Below are positions 1 through 10,369 of a DNA stretch of 64,000 bases, one piece after another. Where the stretch lies: positions 103,771 to 167,770 of the forward strand of contig CANEZP010000005.1 in assembly GCA_947444305.1 (NCBI GenBank). The letters run 5' to 3'. The DNA is from Pseudobdellovibrionaceae bacterium (GTDB lineage: Bacteria > Bdellovibrionota > Bdellovibrionia > Bdellovibrionales > UBA1609). Under the pieces are notes generated by a model that ran no database searches, was not told where the DNA came from, and saw only the letters and a program-made list of their open reading frames with translations. The position numbers were made by a program, and so were the translations under genes. Each line of letters begins with the position of its first letter. Position 1 is the stretch's first letter.

Positions 1-632
1 GCGAATCGATGATTTTAGGTACCGCCGGTTTCACGGCGGCACTTGCTTTGTCGCGGATGGAAACCAACGGCCAAGCGCCCGAGATGGGCCCGATCTTAAT
101 CACGGGAGCCAGCGGCGGTGTCGGCAGCTTCGCGACGCAATTGTTTTCGCAAAAGGGCTACGAGGTGATCGCCGCGAGCGGAAAGCACGAGGCGATCAAA
201 TATTTAAAAGACCTGGGCGCCAGCCAAGTTATTCCGCCGGCTGAGCTAGCCATGGGTCCTCGCCCGCTTGAGAAAGCCCGCTTCGGCGGCGCGGTCGACA
301 ACGTCGGCGGCAAACTTCTGTCGCAAACGCTGGCGCACGTAAATCTTTGGGGCAACGTCGCTTGCATCGGCATGGCCGAGAACGCAAATCTCGACACCAC
401 GGTCATGCCGTTCATCCTCCGTGGCGTAAGTTTGTTAGGCGCAAGCTCCAACAACACGCCGATGAAGTTGCGCCACGAAATATGGAAAAGGCTTGCGACC
501 GAGTGGAAACCAAAACAGCTCGAGAGAATTTTAGCCCGTACCGTTGAACTCAAAGATTTGATGCAGGCCTTCGACGATCTTCTTCACCGCAAAGTGCACG
601 GCCGCATCCTCGTGCAAATCCGGAAGGACTAA
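1..632 (+). CDS. Quinone oxidoreductase of the YhdH/AcuI (MDR) family, C-terminal part; 5' end lies outside the window
   Basis: The reading frame is open to the window edge. It carries the nucleotide-binding motif ILITGASGGVGSFATQLFSQKGYEVIA and a C-terminus (HGRILVQI) typical of the YhdH/acrylyl-CoA reductase subfamily. Confidence 0.75.
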   Translation, partial: ESMILGTAGFTAALALSRMETNGQAPEMGPILITGASGGVGSFATQLFSQKGYEVIAASGKHEAIKYLKDLGASQVIPPAELAMGPRPLEKARFGGAVDNVGGKLLSQTLAHVNLWGNVACIGMAENANLDTTVMPFILRGVSLLGASSNNTPMKLRHEIWKRLATEWKPKQLERILARTVELKDLMQAFDDLLHRKVHGRILVQIRKD

Positions 633-633
633 T

Positions 634-1515
634 ATGAGCCAAGCGTTCGCGACTTCGATCGAAGGTAACCGGCAGCTGCTCGACGGCGGCGCCATGTTCG
701 GGAATGCACCGAGGCTCGTTTGGGAAAAATGGGTCGCGCCGGATGAGAGCGCGCGCATCCCGCTCGCGTGCCGGTGTTTGCTCATCGAGTTTAACGGCTT
801 AAAGATTTTGTGCGAAACGGGCATCGGCGCCTTCTTCGAACCGAAGATGGCGGGCCGCTTCGGCGTGCAAACTCCGGATAAGCATCTCCTCCTCGAGAAT
901 CTGAAAGCGGCCGGGCATTCGCCCGAGTCGATCGACTTCGTCATCCTCTCGCATTTGCACTTTGATCACGCAGGCGGTTTGCTGCCTACCCACCAACAGA
1001 TCAGCGCGGGTGACGATGGGCTAGTCTTCCCCAATGCACAATTTATCGTCGGCGAAGAGGCTTGGCAGCGCGCGCTCAAGCCCCACTCGCGCGACCGGGC
1101 CTCGTTCATCCCCGGCTTGACCGAGAAACTAGAAAAGACCGGCCGGCTCGTACGGTGGCCCAAAGATCCTATGCCTAAACAGCTACAGGGCGCGTTTGAA
1201 TTCTTAGAGAGCAACGGACACACGCCGGGCCAGCTTCACACGCTGTTTACCGGCGCGGACCAGAAGGTGTTCTACTGCGGCGATTTAGTCCCGGGCCGCG
1301 CGTGGGTCCACTTACCGATCACCATGGGCTACGACCGCTTCCCCGAACAACTCATCGACGAGAAGGAAACGGTTTACCGGCGAGCGGTCGCGGAAGACTG
1401 GCTGTTGTTTTTTACGCACGACTCGGAGGCCGCGGCTTCGCACGTACGGCCCAACGCCGCGGGAAAATTCGAGCCGGTCCAGGTCCAGCCGGTCCTGAAT
1501 CGCCTGCCTCTTTAA
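634..1515 (+). CDS. MBL-fold metallo-hydrolase
   Basis: Carries the HxHxDH motif (SHLHFDHAGG) and a later GHTPGQ histidine. The start lies 1 nt after the upstream stop. Confidence 0.8.
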   Translation: MSQAFATSIEGNRQLLDGGAMFGNAPRLVWEKWVAPDESARIPLACRCLLIEFNGLKILCETGIGAFFEPKMAGRFGVQTPDKHLLLENLKAAGHSPESIDFVILSHLHFDHAGGLLPTHQQISAGDDGLVFPNAQFIVGEEAWQRALKPHSRDRASFIPGLTEKLEKTGRLVRWPKDPMPKQLQGAFEFLESNGHTPGQLHTLFTGADQKVFYCGDLVPGRAWVHLPITMGYDRFPEQLIDEKETVYRRAVAEDWLLFFTHDSEAAASHVRPNAAGKFEPVQVQPVLNRLPL

Positions 1516-1627
1516 TACTCAACATAAACTAACATTTTTTGACCTCATCCGGACTTGCCGCCTATAAGGGTCTGGGGACAGAATTAAATTTCTCGTAAAT
1601 ACATTCTGATATTTTGGGGCCGGGGTA

Positions 1628-2644
1628 ATGGGGATCGAAGATCGCGTCGAGCGAGTTCTTAGGAAGCTTAAACTAAATAAATTCTATCCATTCCCGTTTG
1701 CGCGCTCGGGATTTTGGCAGACCGTCTACGGCAGTCACTGGCCGATCATGAAGGCATCGAAGCCCGACGGTTTTCACCACATCATGTTGGATGACGGTGA
1801 CATCTTGGTCGTCGCCGAAAATCGCCCGCCCGAGTGGCAGCCCGGTCAGCGCATCATGCTGTTGGTGCACGGACTCACCGGCTGTTACGAGTCGACGTAC
1901 ATGCAGCGCATGTGCCGCCGTATGCATAAAAAAGGTTTTTTGGTTTTACGTCTGAACTTACGCTTCAGCGGTCCGGGCCGCGGGCTCGCGCGTAAGGCCT
2001 ACCACGCGGGCGTCAGCGAGGACACGCGCGAGGTTTTAGAATGGATCAAACTTAAATTTCCGAACTCACCCGTCACGCAAATCGGTTTCTCGCTCGGCGG
2101 TAACGTGACTTTGAAAATGGCGGGCGAAGACGGTTCGCGCCCTTCCGGCAATCTCGACAGCGTCGTCGCCGTCTCACCGCCGATTGATCTCGAAGCTTCT
2201 ACTTTGAGAATGGCCTCCCCGGAAAACCAGTTTTTTGAACGCTTCTTCGTAAAGTATCTTTTGCGGGACGCGCGCTTAATGCTGGAAGCCTTTCCCGACA
2301 TGGAACCCTTCGCCGTGCCGACCGAGCCGACGGTGCACGCGTTCGAAGAAATTTTCGCGACGCAACGGGCAGGGTTTAAAAGTAAGCGAGAGTATTACGA
2401 CAAATGCAGTTCGATGCATTTTATTCCCGACATTAAAATCCCGACGCTGATCCTTTCGAGCATCGATGATCCCGTCGTCGACGCTCACGCGTTGGTGAAG
2501 GTCGAGCACGGTAAAAACGTCGATATCATTCTTACGGACAAAGGGGGTCACGTCGGCTTCCTTGGTTTCGGCACGACGTACGATGAAGTGCGCTGGTCCG
2601 ACCAAGCGGTCGCACGCTGGCTCGAAGATACGGTCGCCATTTAA
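1628..2644 (+). CDS. Alpha/beta hydrolase, YheT/ABHD1-3-like
   Basis: LLVHGLTGCYESTY oxyanion region, nucleophile elbow GFSLGGN, and a late DDPVV...GGHVGF acid/His region. Confidence 0.75.
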   Translation: MGIEDRVERVLRKLKLNKFYPFPFARSGFWQTVYGSHWPIMKASKPDGFHHIMLDDGDILVVAENRPPEWQPGQRIMLLVHGLTGCYESTYMQRMCRRMHKKGFLVLRLNLRFSGPGRGLARKAYHAGVSEDTREVLEWIKLKFPNSPVTQIGFSLGGNVTLKMAGEDGSRPSGNLDSVVAVSPPIDLEASTLRMASPENQFFERFFVKYLLRDARLMLEAFPDMEPFAVPTEPTVHAFEEIFATQRAGFKSKREYYDKCSSMHFIPDIKIPTLILSSIDDPVVDAHALVKVEHGKNVDIILTDKGGHVGFLGFGTTYDEVRWSDQAVARWLEDTVAI

Positions 2645-3082
2645 ATGCGAACGGCTGAGCAGTGGCTTGAAGAGTACGCGCGCACGCACCAAAACCCCGC
2701 GAACCAACGCATTCACCTCATCGCGGTGCCGTTAATTTTCTGGTCGGTCATCGCGGCGCTGGCTACGCTGCCGCCGGTTTTTCTTATGTTACTAACTCCC
2801 GCACTCACTTTTTATTTCGCGCTCGGTTGGGCGATCGGTTTGGTCATGGTGTTGATCGTCGGTTTCTCGCTGATGCTTTCTTACGTGTTGATGATTTGGG
2901 GCGTGCCGCTTTTTTACGTCGCGCTCACCGTTTTTTTCCTCGCGTGGATCGCGCAGTTTTACGGTCACAAGCTTGAAGGAAAACGTCCTGCCTTCTTTCT
3001 AGATCTTTTGTTCTTGCTCGTTGGTCCGCTCTGGACTTTACAGAAGATCGGCATGCTGAAAAATAACGCTCCGCTCGTTTGA
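2645..3082 (+). CDS. DUF962/Mpo1-like membrane protein
   Basis: HQNPANQRIHLIAVPLIF at the N-terminus and QFYGHKLEGKRPAFFLDLLFLLVGPLW at the C-terminus match my recollection of the YGL010w/DUF962 family. About 3-4 TM helices. The ATG directly abuts the upstream stop. Confidence 0.7.
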   Translation: MRTAEQWLEEYARTHQNPANQRIHLIAVPLIFWSVIAALATLPPVFLMLLTPALTFYFALGWAIGLVMVLIVGFSLMLSYVLMIWGVPLFYVALTVFFLAWIAQFYGHKLEGKRPAFFLDLLFLLVGPLWTLQKIGMLKNNAPLV

Positions 3083-3203
3083 GTTCACGTATGAAAATTT
3101 ACAAGTCCTTGTAGATTTTGTTCTTAATGCATTCCTGACGCCAAATTGAGACCGACACTCGGTAGGGTTGAGTCCTGTTAAAAGTGAATGTCAGGGGGGG
3201 CCG

Positions 3204-4442
3204 GTGAGATTCTTTAAGAGTTTGGCGTGTCTTTATATATCGGCGGTTGTCGCGTCGGTCGTGTTACCCGAAAGGGCGCACGCGGTTCGGGTTCACTTGT
3301 TCGACATCGACGGAACACTTGTCCACGACAGCGGTCTCGACGAAAACGGCAAGAAGCCGGCGTGGTGGACCTACTGGGTGTTGGATCGCGTACCTTCCTT
3401 GAACAACGGTTGGCATCTTGATCACGCAAAGCGACTCCTTTCCGCAAACAAACTTCCCGATCGCATCTACCTGAACAAAAACGAAGTCGACCGGCTCAGA
3501 GATCATTTTGCTACCCGCAACGAACGCGTCGGCAATCCTGATCCCATCGAGCTCGATAACGATCCGATCCGTGAAAACTTACTTCCCCACATCAAGATAT
3601 TCCGGCCCCGTTTTATCTACCCCGGTTACTACAGCGTTGACGAGGCCATCGCCTATTCCCTTCACCGCGATTCGTTCGGCCAGCCCTCACCGCTGCTTGA
3701 GACGTATAAAATGGCCGTAACCCGGGCGCGCAAGGATCCCGCCAATCTCGAGTGGAGAGGTCCCGCGTTTCCCTATTTCAAGAATGCAATAGCGAACCAA
3801 GGTCCCGACGAGCGCGTTTATTTCTTAAGTGATCGCGATCATATGGATGGTAGCTACCTCAATTGGGCCGAGGCGATGAACCGGGATAAGTTTATATCGG
3901 CGCCCGTTAAAGAAATTCCGGTCGTGCTCGAATCCGGTGAAGTCACCATGATCAAGTATTTTCCTAAAAGTATTTCGACGAGCTCAATCAGCGCCAGGTC
4001 GTACGGTTCGGCTTTCGATTTCGAAACTCGTAAAGCCAACGCGATTATTGATCGCGCGATGCAGATTTCCCGCTCGCCGCTGCAGAAACAAATGGTCATC
4101 GGCTCGGATTACAATGATGCGCAAAAAGGTATCCGCCGCCCGATGCACGAGATTTTCTTTTACGAAAATAAGCCCGAATACATTCGCGAAATCGTGAAAA
4201 TAGTTAAGAAGAACGCCGGTCACTTCCCGGATATTAAATTTATTTTTTACCACGCGGGCGAACTTGAAAGTGTTTCGAGCCTGCTGCCTTACGCACCACG
4301 CCCCGAAGCCGGCGCCCATAAACGTTTCTTCGTCCTGACGCCATCGGGTACGGGCCTACGTTCGTTAACCGTGGCCGAGCACGCCGAGCTTAACGTTAAA
4401 GAAAATGATTGCCTGCTTGATCTCATCGCTTCCAAAAAATAG
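3204..4442 (+). CDS. Secreted protein with an N-terminal HAD-like DxDxT motif (putative secreted phosphatase); function unknown
   Basis: I prefer the GTG start at 3204 (G-rich stretch upstream) over the TTG at 3168. It gives a signal peptide RFFKSLACLYISAVVASVVLPERAHA, immediately followed by VHLFDIDGTLV (HAD motif I). Possible motif IV remnant: IGSDYNDA. Confidence 0.55.
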   Translation: MRFFKSLACLYISAVVASVVLPERAHAVRVHLFDIDGTLVHDSGLDENGKKPAWWTYWVLDRVPSLNNGWHLDHAKRLLSANKLPDRIYLNKNEVDRLRDHFATRNERVGNPDPIELDNDPIRENLLPHIKIFRPRFIYPGYYSVDEAIAYSLHRDSFGQPSPLLETYKMAVTRARKDPANLEWRGPAFPYFKNAIANQGPDERVYFLSDRDHMDGSYLNWAEAMNRDKFISAPVKEIPVVLESGEVTMIKYFPKSISTSSISARSYGSAFDFETRKANAIIDRAMQISRSPLQKQMVIGSDYNDAQKGIRRPMHEIFFYENKPEYIREIVKIVKKNAGHFPDIKFIFYHAGELESVSSLLPYAPRPEAGAHKRFFVLTPSGTGLRSLTVAEHAELNVKENDCLLDLIASKK

Positions 4443-4450
4443 GGGTTCGC

Positions 4451-7231
4451 ATGTTTAGACTTCTCGTAGTCTCCATTTTTTCCGCCGCGGTTTGCGGATC
4501 GACCGTGACCTCGGTCGCCAACGCGGTCACGCCGCCGAAGCCGGCCCTTTCGGCCGAAGAGATTCAAAAGATTAAAGATTGCGCGGCCGCGCTCGCGAGC
4601 GGAAGTGCGTCGCGCTATTCGTTCGGAAGTTTGAAACAATTCGAACAGGGATTTTTCGCCAGCGACGTGATCCAGCGCCGGCACAGCATGCTGGCCCTTT
4701 ACGGCAACTGGATCAAAAAGTACTCGCGTCTGCCCACGAAGGAAGAACTACAAGCTTACTTCGATTACCTGAATGACTCGAACGAAAATTTGTACGCCGA
4801 TCTTGAAGAACAAATCGCCGCTTTACCTGAGACGACCGAAATTTTAAACGTGCTCGGCGAAGTGCACCCCGAATTCACGGCCGTGCTTCAAGGTAAAATT
4901 TTGCAGCAGACCGCGCTGTTTTTGCGTCACCGTATGCGCCCGCCGAGCGTTATGGAATTAGCCTCGGTTTTGAAAGTCGAAGACCTCGATTTGATCGCGG
5001 CGCTGACTTCCGACAAAATGAAATTCTGGAAAGTTGCGCTCGCTTCGGACCTTGGCCGGCACATCGATTACGCACGCAAAAGAATTAAGACCGCCTACGC
5101 CCGCGCGGTTCGCGAAACGGATACCCCCTCCGTATTAAGAACCCGCAAAATTGAGCCGACCCTGCGCCGAATGGTCGAAGTGTTAATCCTTACGAAGTCG
5201 AACGAGCACTATCAATGGCGCGCGATGCTCGGCAACTACGGTGAGTTCAAACTCGAAGACGAGAACGGTGAATTCAGTAACCAAGAGTTCGAACGTATGG
5301 TGACCGCGCTAACCAACGAACTTTCCGCCATCCTCGGCGTTACGACTTTGAACGCTAAGAATAAATCGCTTTACGAACGCTGGATCATGCCGATGCCCGT
5401 GTTGTTTCCCGGCGGCATCGAAGAACTCCACAACTCAACCGTGGCCGAATACCAACCGACCTTCTCAAGTTTTGAAGACACCAAAAACTTCGGGGTGGCA
5501 CAAGCCGAGATCTTGAAAGACAAGATCACCGCTGCCCCCGGTTTTTTAATATCGGAGATCCGCCCCGGCCGTAAAACCAATTGGGAATTGATCAACGGGA
5601 TGATCAAGTTTTCGAAGGCTAAGAACTACCCCATCGTATTAATCCCCGCCGACGGTATGTTTCAGAATCTTGATCCCGAGGTGGTTAAGCATCCCGATCT
5701 CAATATCCTCACCGCGACGATCGAGAATCGTGAACTTTCGATTCGCTTATTCCCGAACAACTTCCGCAAAGAACCTTTCTCGCCGCTCAAAGAGCAAGGC
5801 ATGTACGAGATCGGCCAACAGATCATCATCCCGCACCACACCCTTTCGATGGAGACGATTCCCACCGCGCAGAATCACATGAATCAGACCAAAATGTTCG
5901 GAACGGGTTCGGCCAATATGCCCGACGACATTCCGGCGATGGGGAAAGCGGCCAAAGTTCGTGCCGATATCGAATCCAAAACCATCAAACCCGGCTTCAC
6001 CATTTTTGAGAAAATCGATCGTGGCCACGCGCAAGACTTCGGCGGCGTGGGTAATCACTGGCACGGGCGACCCGCCGAATTCCGGTTCGGCGAAGGTGAT
6101 CGCCCGTCGGTGTTCGTCGACGGTGATACGGCGTACACCATTCGCAAAAGTACGCGCGGCCATAAGTTCGTCGTCGAAACGGTGAAGAGCGGCGCGGCCC
6201 ATATCGTTTTGCCCGACGTGCATCTTGTCGTGTCTAATCCCGACGTGATGGAAGCGCTGAAGGATCTGATCGCGCGTCTTTACCTGGAAGGCCGTCAGGT
6301 CGTCTTGGTCTTCCCCGATCCGATCGATTCGAAGGCGATCAACGCGCACGTCGAGAAAAAGCAAATGAACCGTTCGGCACTGGCGGCATTGTACACGTCG
6401 GGCCGCTTAAACTTTGAAGACGAAATTAACGACGCGATCGCGAACGTAAATGTGATCCTCGCCGATTTCCCTTCCGCGACGGTCGTTTTCCAATACTCCA
6501 ACCACTCGGACGAGTGGATCCAACGGGATCTCATCAATAATCCAAGCTGGCTGCAATTGATCGTCAATGACCGCTTCATCAAAGAGATTAACGGCGCCAC
6601 GGCACTCAACGGTTGGACACCGCTCGAGTACTTGTTGATCCACCGTAAGAAATACCTCGAACGGGCCGTCCTCGATCGCGCGGATAGCCTCAAAGACAAG
6701 ACGCGTTTCATCTCCGACCCGTCACGCGTTCGAACCATGCGCCCGGGTGAGCCGCTTCCCAGCACCGACGCCGATCCCGATTACCGGGTGGCGATGCAGC
6801 ACCACGGACATCAAGGTGCGAACGGCGGCCGCTCGTCTTTCAAGACTCACATGCGGGCCGAGAAACGTATCGTCAGCGCCGACGCTCACCGCACGGGCTA
6901 CATGGGTCGCGGCGATCACTTCTGGATGGGCGTGGGCTCGACGTCTTACCAGCAGGATTACACGCAAGGTGGATACTCGAGTTGGGGCGTCGCCGCCGCT
7001 TCGGTTTCAACCTTCGGGACGATGGCGTTTTACGATTACGATCCGTATTCGAAATCGTTCTTGCAGCGCTCGGAGCTGGGTCCGTTACCGGCAAAAGAAT
7101 TCTTCAGCGAGGATCCGCTCAAGGTCAAACCGCCGATGGACGACGACGACTTCCGCCGCAAAAACGACAGCCAAGAATTCCTAGAATGGTTCAAGGGCCA
7201 ACGCCGCTGGATCGGGGTGAATCCAAAATAG
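4451..7231 (+). CDS. Large secreted protein of unknown function (926 aa)
   Basis: Long ORF beginning 8 nt after the upstream gene. Signal peptide MFRLLVVSIFSAAVCGSTVTSVANA. The C-terminal half has weak metallophosphoesterase-like strings: LPDVHL, FPDPID, SNHSDEW, HHGHQG. Confidence 0.65.
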   Translation: MFRLLVVSIFSAAVCGSTVTSVANAVTPPKPALSAEEIQKIKDCAAALASGSASRYSFGSLKQFEQGFFASDVIQRRHSMLALYGNWIKKYSRLPTKEELQAYFDYLNDSNENLYADLEEQIAALPETTEILNVLGEVHPEFTAVLQGKILQQTALFLRHRMRPPSVMELASVLKVEDLDLIAALTSDKMKFWKVALASDLGRHIDYARKRIKTAYARAVRETDTPSVLRTRKIEPTLRRMVEVLILTKSNEHYQWRAMLGNYGEFKLEDENGEFSNQEFERMVTALTNELSAILGVTTLNAKNKSLYERWIMPMPVLFPGGIEELHNSTVAEYQPTFSSFEDTKNFGVAQAEILKDKITAAPGFLISEIRPGRKTNWELINGMIKFSKAKNYPIVLIPADGMFQNLDPEVVKHPDLNILTATIENRELSIRLFPNNFRKEPFSPLKEQGMYEIGQQIIIPHHTLSMETIPTAQNHMNQTKMFGTGSANMPDDIPAMGKAAKVRADIESKTIKPGFTIFEKIDRGHAQDFGGVGNHWHGRPAEFRFGEGDRPSVFVDGDTAYTIRKSTRGHKFVVETVKSGAAHIVLPDVHLVVSNPDVMEALKDLIARLYLEGRQVVLVFPDPIDSKAINAHVEKKQMNRSALAALYTSGRLNFEDEINDAIANVNVILADFPSATVVFQYSNHSDEWIQRDLINNPSWLQLIVNDRFIKEINGATALNGWTPLEYLLIHRKKYLERAVLDRADSLKDKTRFISDPSRVRTMRPGEPLPSTDADPDYRVAMQHHGHQGANGGRSSFKTHMRAEKRIVSADAHRTGYMGRGDHFWMGVGSTSYQQDYTQGGYSSWGVAAASVSTFGTMAFYDYDPYSKSFLQRSELGPLPAKEFFSEDPLKVKPPMDDDDFRRKNDSQEFLEWFKGQRRWIGVNPK

Positions 7232-7363
7232 CCTGTTCGTGGTGTTCTAATTGCATTTTAAAAGAGACAAGCTAAGAAATCGAATAAGAATCAATACCGT
7301 CGATTTCGCGGCCCTGTTTTGAATAACAAATAGACACTGAACTGCCAAATTTTGGAGGCTTAA

Positions 7364-8668
7364 GTGAAAGCGACCGGTTTTCGATACATCGTTCCTATAT
7401 TATTCGCCGTTATTTCGGATGCGGCTCTCGCCAAGCAATCTTGCGAAGAGATTATGAATCCGGTGACGCAAACTTCCGCCACCGCCTACCGCATCGAACT
7501 CATACGCAAGCTGGCGAAGACGAATATTCCGGCCGTTGTGCGTGTAAACCCCGACGGCTCGATGATACCGGTCATCCTCATGGGTAGCTCAAGTTACAAA
7601 ACTCCCGAAGTGCAAAAGCTGATTGATGAAACCACCGGCATGGGCATTGATATCTCGCAAGGCACCGCCGGCGGTAACGACGTCGATCACGGTCTCGCGC
7701 GCGCCGGCAAATACTACGTCGACATCATCCGTCAGGGTGACGGGATGAACATCGATCCCGCTACCGGTAAAACTCGCTATGGCAGCAACGAATTAAATTA
7801 CACCGCTCTACGTTCACGCAATTGGGACTCGTACATGGCGCGTCGGGATGCAGGTTCGCGGGTGCAAATTGAATTGGCTTATCTTTCCAGCCCTAAAGAC
7901 CGCCACGTTTCCATCGCCTATCATAACCTTCGCCGCGCCGGGATCATTAACGTCGTGATCGAAAGTGTTCTACGTTTTGAAAAGAATTGGAATAAAGAGT
8001 GGTTGGACGAGCCGATTCGCAACGCACCGAGATTGATGGCCGATGGTTGCACGACGATCAACTGCTTCAACAATTATATGGGTACGCGCATCCCTTCGCA
8101 GATCGAAACGATGAAAAACCGTATCGCCGCGATCCCGTCTTTAGAGCACGCCGATGTTGAAGCTTTGTTAATGAACACAAGTGTGAAAGCGACCATCAAG
8201 AAAATTCAAGATGCGCTCGCCGTTGCCGATTGGAAAGACCCGAAGGTTCTGCACCCGCACTTCGTAAATCAAGAAGATTATTTACGTGAAGTTCGCAAAC
8301 TCCGCGCTTTGCAAAGCTTAAACGAAGGCCAATTGGTCGATGTTCTTTCGTATTTATCAGCGATTCAAATTTCGCGTGAATATATGGCCGTCGTTAAAGA
8401 CCAGGGCGCCGACGTATACGCCGGCGAAGATACCGATGTGCATGATCACTGGCCGCGTCGTTTTGCTAACAAGCGTTTAGAAATGGATTCAGCTAACCCG
8501 CGCGCGGTCGCGTTGTTCGTATACAGCGATTCACCCGGCGCGGCCGACGCTCTTCGCAACGGCACTTTTGAATATCTCGGAGCAATCTGGGGATACTGGC
8601 GTAATGGTTCAAGCCCCGCGGGGAACACGACCATTTCCATGGCCGAAGCTTTAAAGCGCCTGCCTTAG
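7364..8668 (+). CDS. Secreted protein of unknown function (434 aa)
   Basis: GTG start preceded by GGAGG. Signal peptide ...ILFAVISDAALA. I recognised no family motif. Confidence 0.65.
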   Translation: MKATGFRYIVPILFAVISDAALAKQSCEEIMNPVTQTSATAYRIELIRKLAKTNIPAVVRVNPDGSMIPVILMGSSSYKTPEVQKLIDETTGMGIDISQGTAGGNDVDHGLARAGKYYVDIIRQGDGMNIDPATGKTRYGSNELNYTALRSRNWDSYMARRDAGSRVQIELAYLSSPKDRHVSIAYHNLRRAGIINVVIESVLRFEKNWNKEWLDEPIRNAPRLMADGCTTINCFNNYMGTRIPSQIETMKNRIAAIPSLEHADVEALLMNTSVKATIKKIQDALAVADWKDPKVLHPHFVNQEDYLREVRKLRALQSLNEGQLVDVLSYLSAIQISREYMAVVKDQGADVYAGEDTDVHDHWPRRFANKRLEMDSANPRAVALFVYSDSPGAADALRNGTFEYLGAIWGYWRNGSSPAGNTTISMAEALKRLP

Positions 8669-9808
8669 TATTAAACTCGCGTGCGGCTTAATTTCGGCCG
8701 CACCGTTTTCGGTTCTCACCCATAAAGATATCAAGCCGTTGTTATCGATGCGTGTTTGTTGCGGACCGACGGGAACGACGTTCGCTGCACCGATGGCCTG
8801 AATGTACGTTGCCAGCTCGGACATGGTTGCGGACCAAACCTCGGGATGGTTCCCCAAGGAACTCAAGAACTCTTCACACGCATGCCAGTTGTTTCCTGAT
8901 TCGTAACTTCCGCCCATGTCCCAGCTATGTCCCCAAATCATAAGGTTCGTAAGCGAACTGTGACTTTCATTCAAATAGCGATGAGTTAAGTAACGGGCAT
9001 CACTTTGATAACCACTGCCGTGCCATTGCAGTAAGTCATTCGGCAACCGAAACGAATGAGTTTGTCCGATGGTGCGCGCGTATAGAAAACCGTTCTGTCT
9101 TAATAGATCGATCACTTCCTGATTGTAACTTCCGTAGGGATAAGAAAATCCACTCGCCTCTTGGCCGGTGAGCTTTTCTAAATTGCGGCGATCATCAAGC
9201 ACTTCTCGCTTCAATGCATCTGCACCAACTTGAGTGAGATCCGGATGTGTCAAGGTATGCGCAGTGACCTCGTGGCCTTCGTAAAGAGCGCGAATATCTT
9301 CGGCGGGAATGTAATTGTCGGCGCCTTGTAAAGCGAGACCGGAATTTAAATGAAAAGTCCCACGCAGATTATACCTATTTAGGAGTTCGATGAGACGGCG
9401 GTCATTCGCATTTCCATCGTCAAAGCTAAGCACTACGCTTTTGCGTAGACCACGTGGAAAAGTAAAAAGCTTAAGCCGGTCCGGATTGAAAGGCCACGGC
9501 TCTCCATATTTGAACCAGGTATCAACCTGCGAAGCGCGCGCATCCGGCGTTTGCGCACCACCCTTATCGGAGAAAACGAGCCCGGCTTCCTTCAATCCAG
9601 ATATTTCGAACGACCACCAGCCGTTGCCTTCTTCACGCATCGGTTGTCCCGGCCACGGATTTGGGACCTTCGCGGTGGCCGGATCCCAATGATAAACGTA
9701 AGGATTTTCCCAATTGGCCGAATTTTTATAATGAACTCGAAGCCCCTCCGCGTGCGCAAAACCTTGCGCGAAGATAAGAAAGCAAATCAGCGATAACCAC
9801 GTTTTCAT
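8651..9808 (-). CDS. Secreted polysaccharide deacetylase (NodB homology domain) with an N-terminal carbohydrate-binding-like module
   Basis: Signal peptide MKTWLSLICFLIFAQGFAHA. The N-terminal module LRVHYKNSANWENPYVYHWD...WPGQPM...GWWSFEI resembles starch/glycan-binding modules. NodB motifs SFDDGNAND and HTLTHPDL are present. Confidence 0.8.
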   Translation of the reverse strand: MKTWLSLICFLIFAQGFAHAEGLRVHYKNSANWENPYVYHWDPATAKVPNPWPGQPMREEGNGWWSFEISGLKEAGLVFSDKGGAQTPDARASQVDTWFKYGEPWPFNPDRLKLFTFPRGLRKSVVLSFDDGNANDRRLIELLNRYNLRGTFHLNSGLALQGADNYIPAEDIRALYEGHEVTAHTLTHPDLTQVGADALKREVLDDRRNLEKLTGQEASGFSYPYGSYNQEVIDLLRQNGFLYARTIGQTHSFRLPNDLLQWHGSGYQSDARYLTHRYLNESHSSLTNLMIWGHSWDMGGSYESGNNWHACEEFLSSLGNHPEVWSATMSELATYIQAIGAANVVPVGPQQTRIDNNGLISLWVRTENGAAEIKPHASLILRQAL

Positions 9809-9810
9809 AT

Positions 9811-10305
9811 CTAGTTCAACTCCCGGCATTCCACCTGAACAGAGACCGTCTGCGCGCCGCCGCGAGAGGGCTTGTCGATCGAAAACTCTTGTTTGCCGGT
9901 AATCACTTTTGCGGAACGCAGAACCTCATAACGGCCGGTCGCTTTACCTTTATTCTTAATCTTCGCGACCACGCCTAGTTGTAGAGATTCTTCGTCCGTC
10001 TCGGCGTTGAGCTTAAACCCGAGCCACATGGCCTGTCCGTCCATTCCGGGATCACCGGTATTCGCTAGCTCCATGTACACACTTGGACTACTTCCGCGAA
10101 AATCGCGGTCCTCAAAAATACGTTCTTGGATGAAACGATACGCTTTCTTACCTACCCACGAGTAACCGGTCAGGGTGCACTTGTAGGCGGTCAACCCGCG
10201 AGGGAAATGCGGAATTGGAGGAGCGTTCCCGGCGGAATGCCACTCGCCACCGAACGCAAAAGAGCTGATCAACAGGAGAAAAATTGCAGTGCTGAAGGAC
10301 TTCAT
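9811..10305 (-). CDS. Small secreted protein, unknown function
   Basis: AGGAG lies upstream of the ATG at 10305. Signal peptide MKSFSTAIFLLLISSFAFG. The stop lies 2 nt from the deacetylase start (operon). Confidence 0.6.
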   Translation of the reverse strand: MKSFSTAIFLLLISSFAFGGEWHSAGNAPPIPHFPRGLTAYKCTLTGYSWVGKKAYRFIQERIFEDRDFRGSSPSVYMELANTGDPGMDGQAMWLGFKLNAETDEESLQLGVVAKIKNKGKATGRYEVLRSAKVITGKQEFSIDKPSRGGAQTVSVQVECRELN

Positions 10306-10369
10306 AAACAAAAGGCTCCTGAACGGGTGGTTCAGGAGCCTAGTACTACAATCCATGGGCCAGAACAAA

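Noticed and set aside
5747-6364. 205-aa antisense ORF within the 926-aa secreted protein gene
   Set aside because: It is embedded in a much longer ORF that has a signal peptide and is tightly coupled to its upstream neighbour. There is no independent start context.
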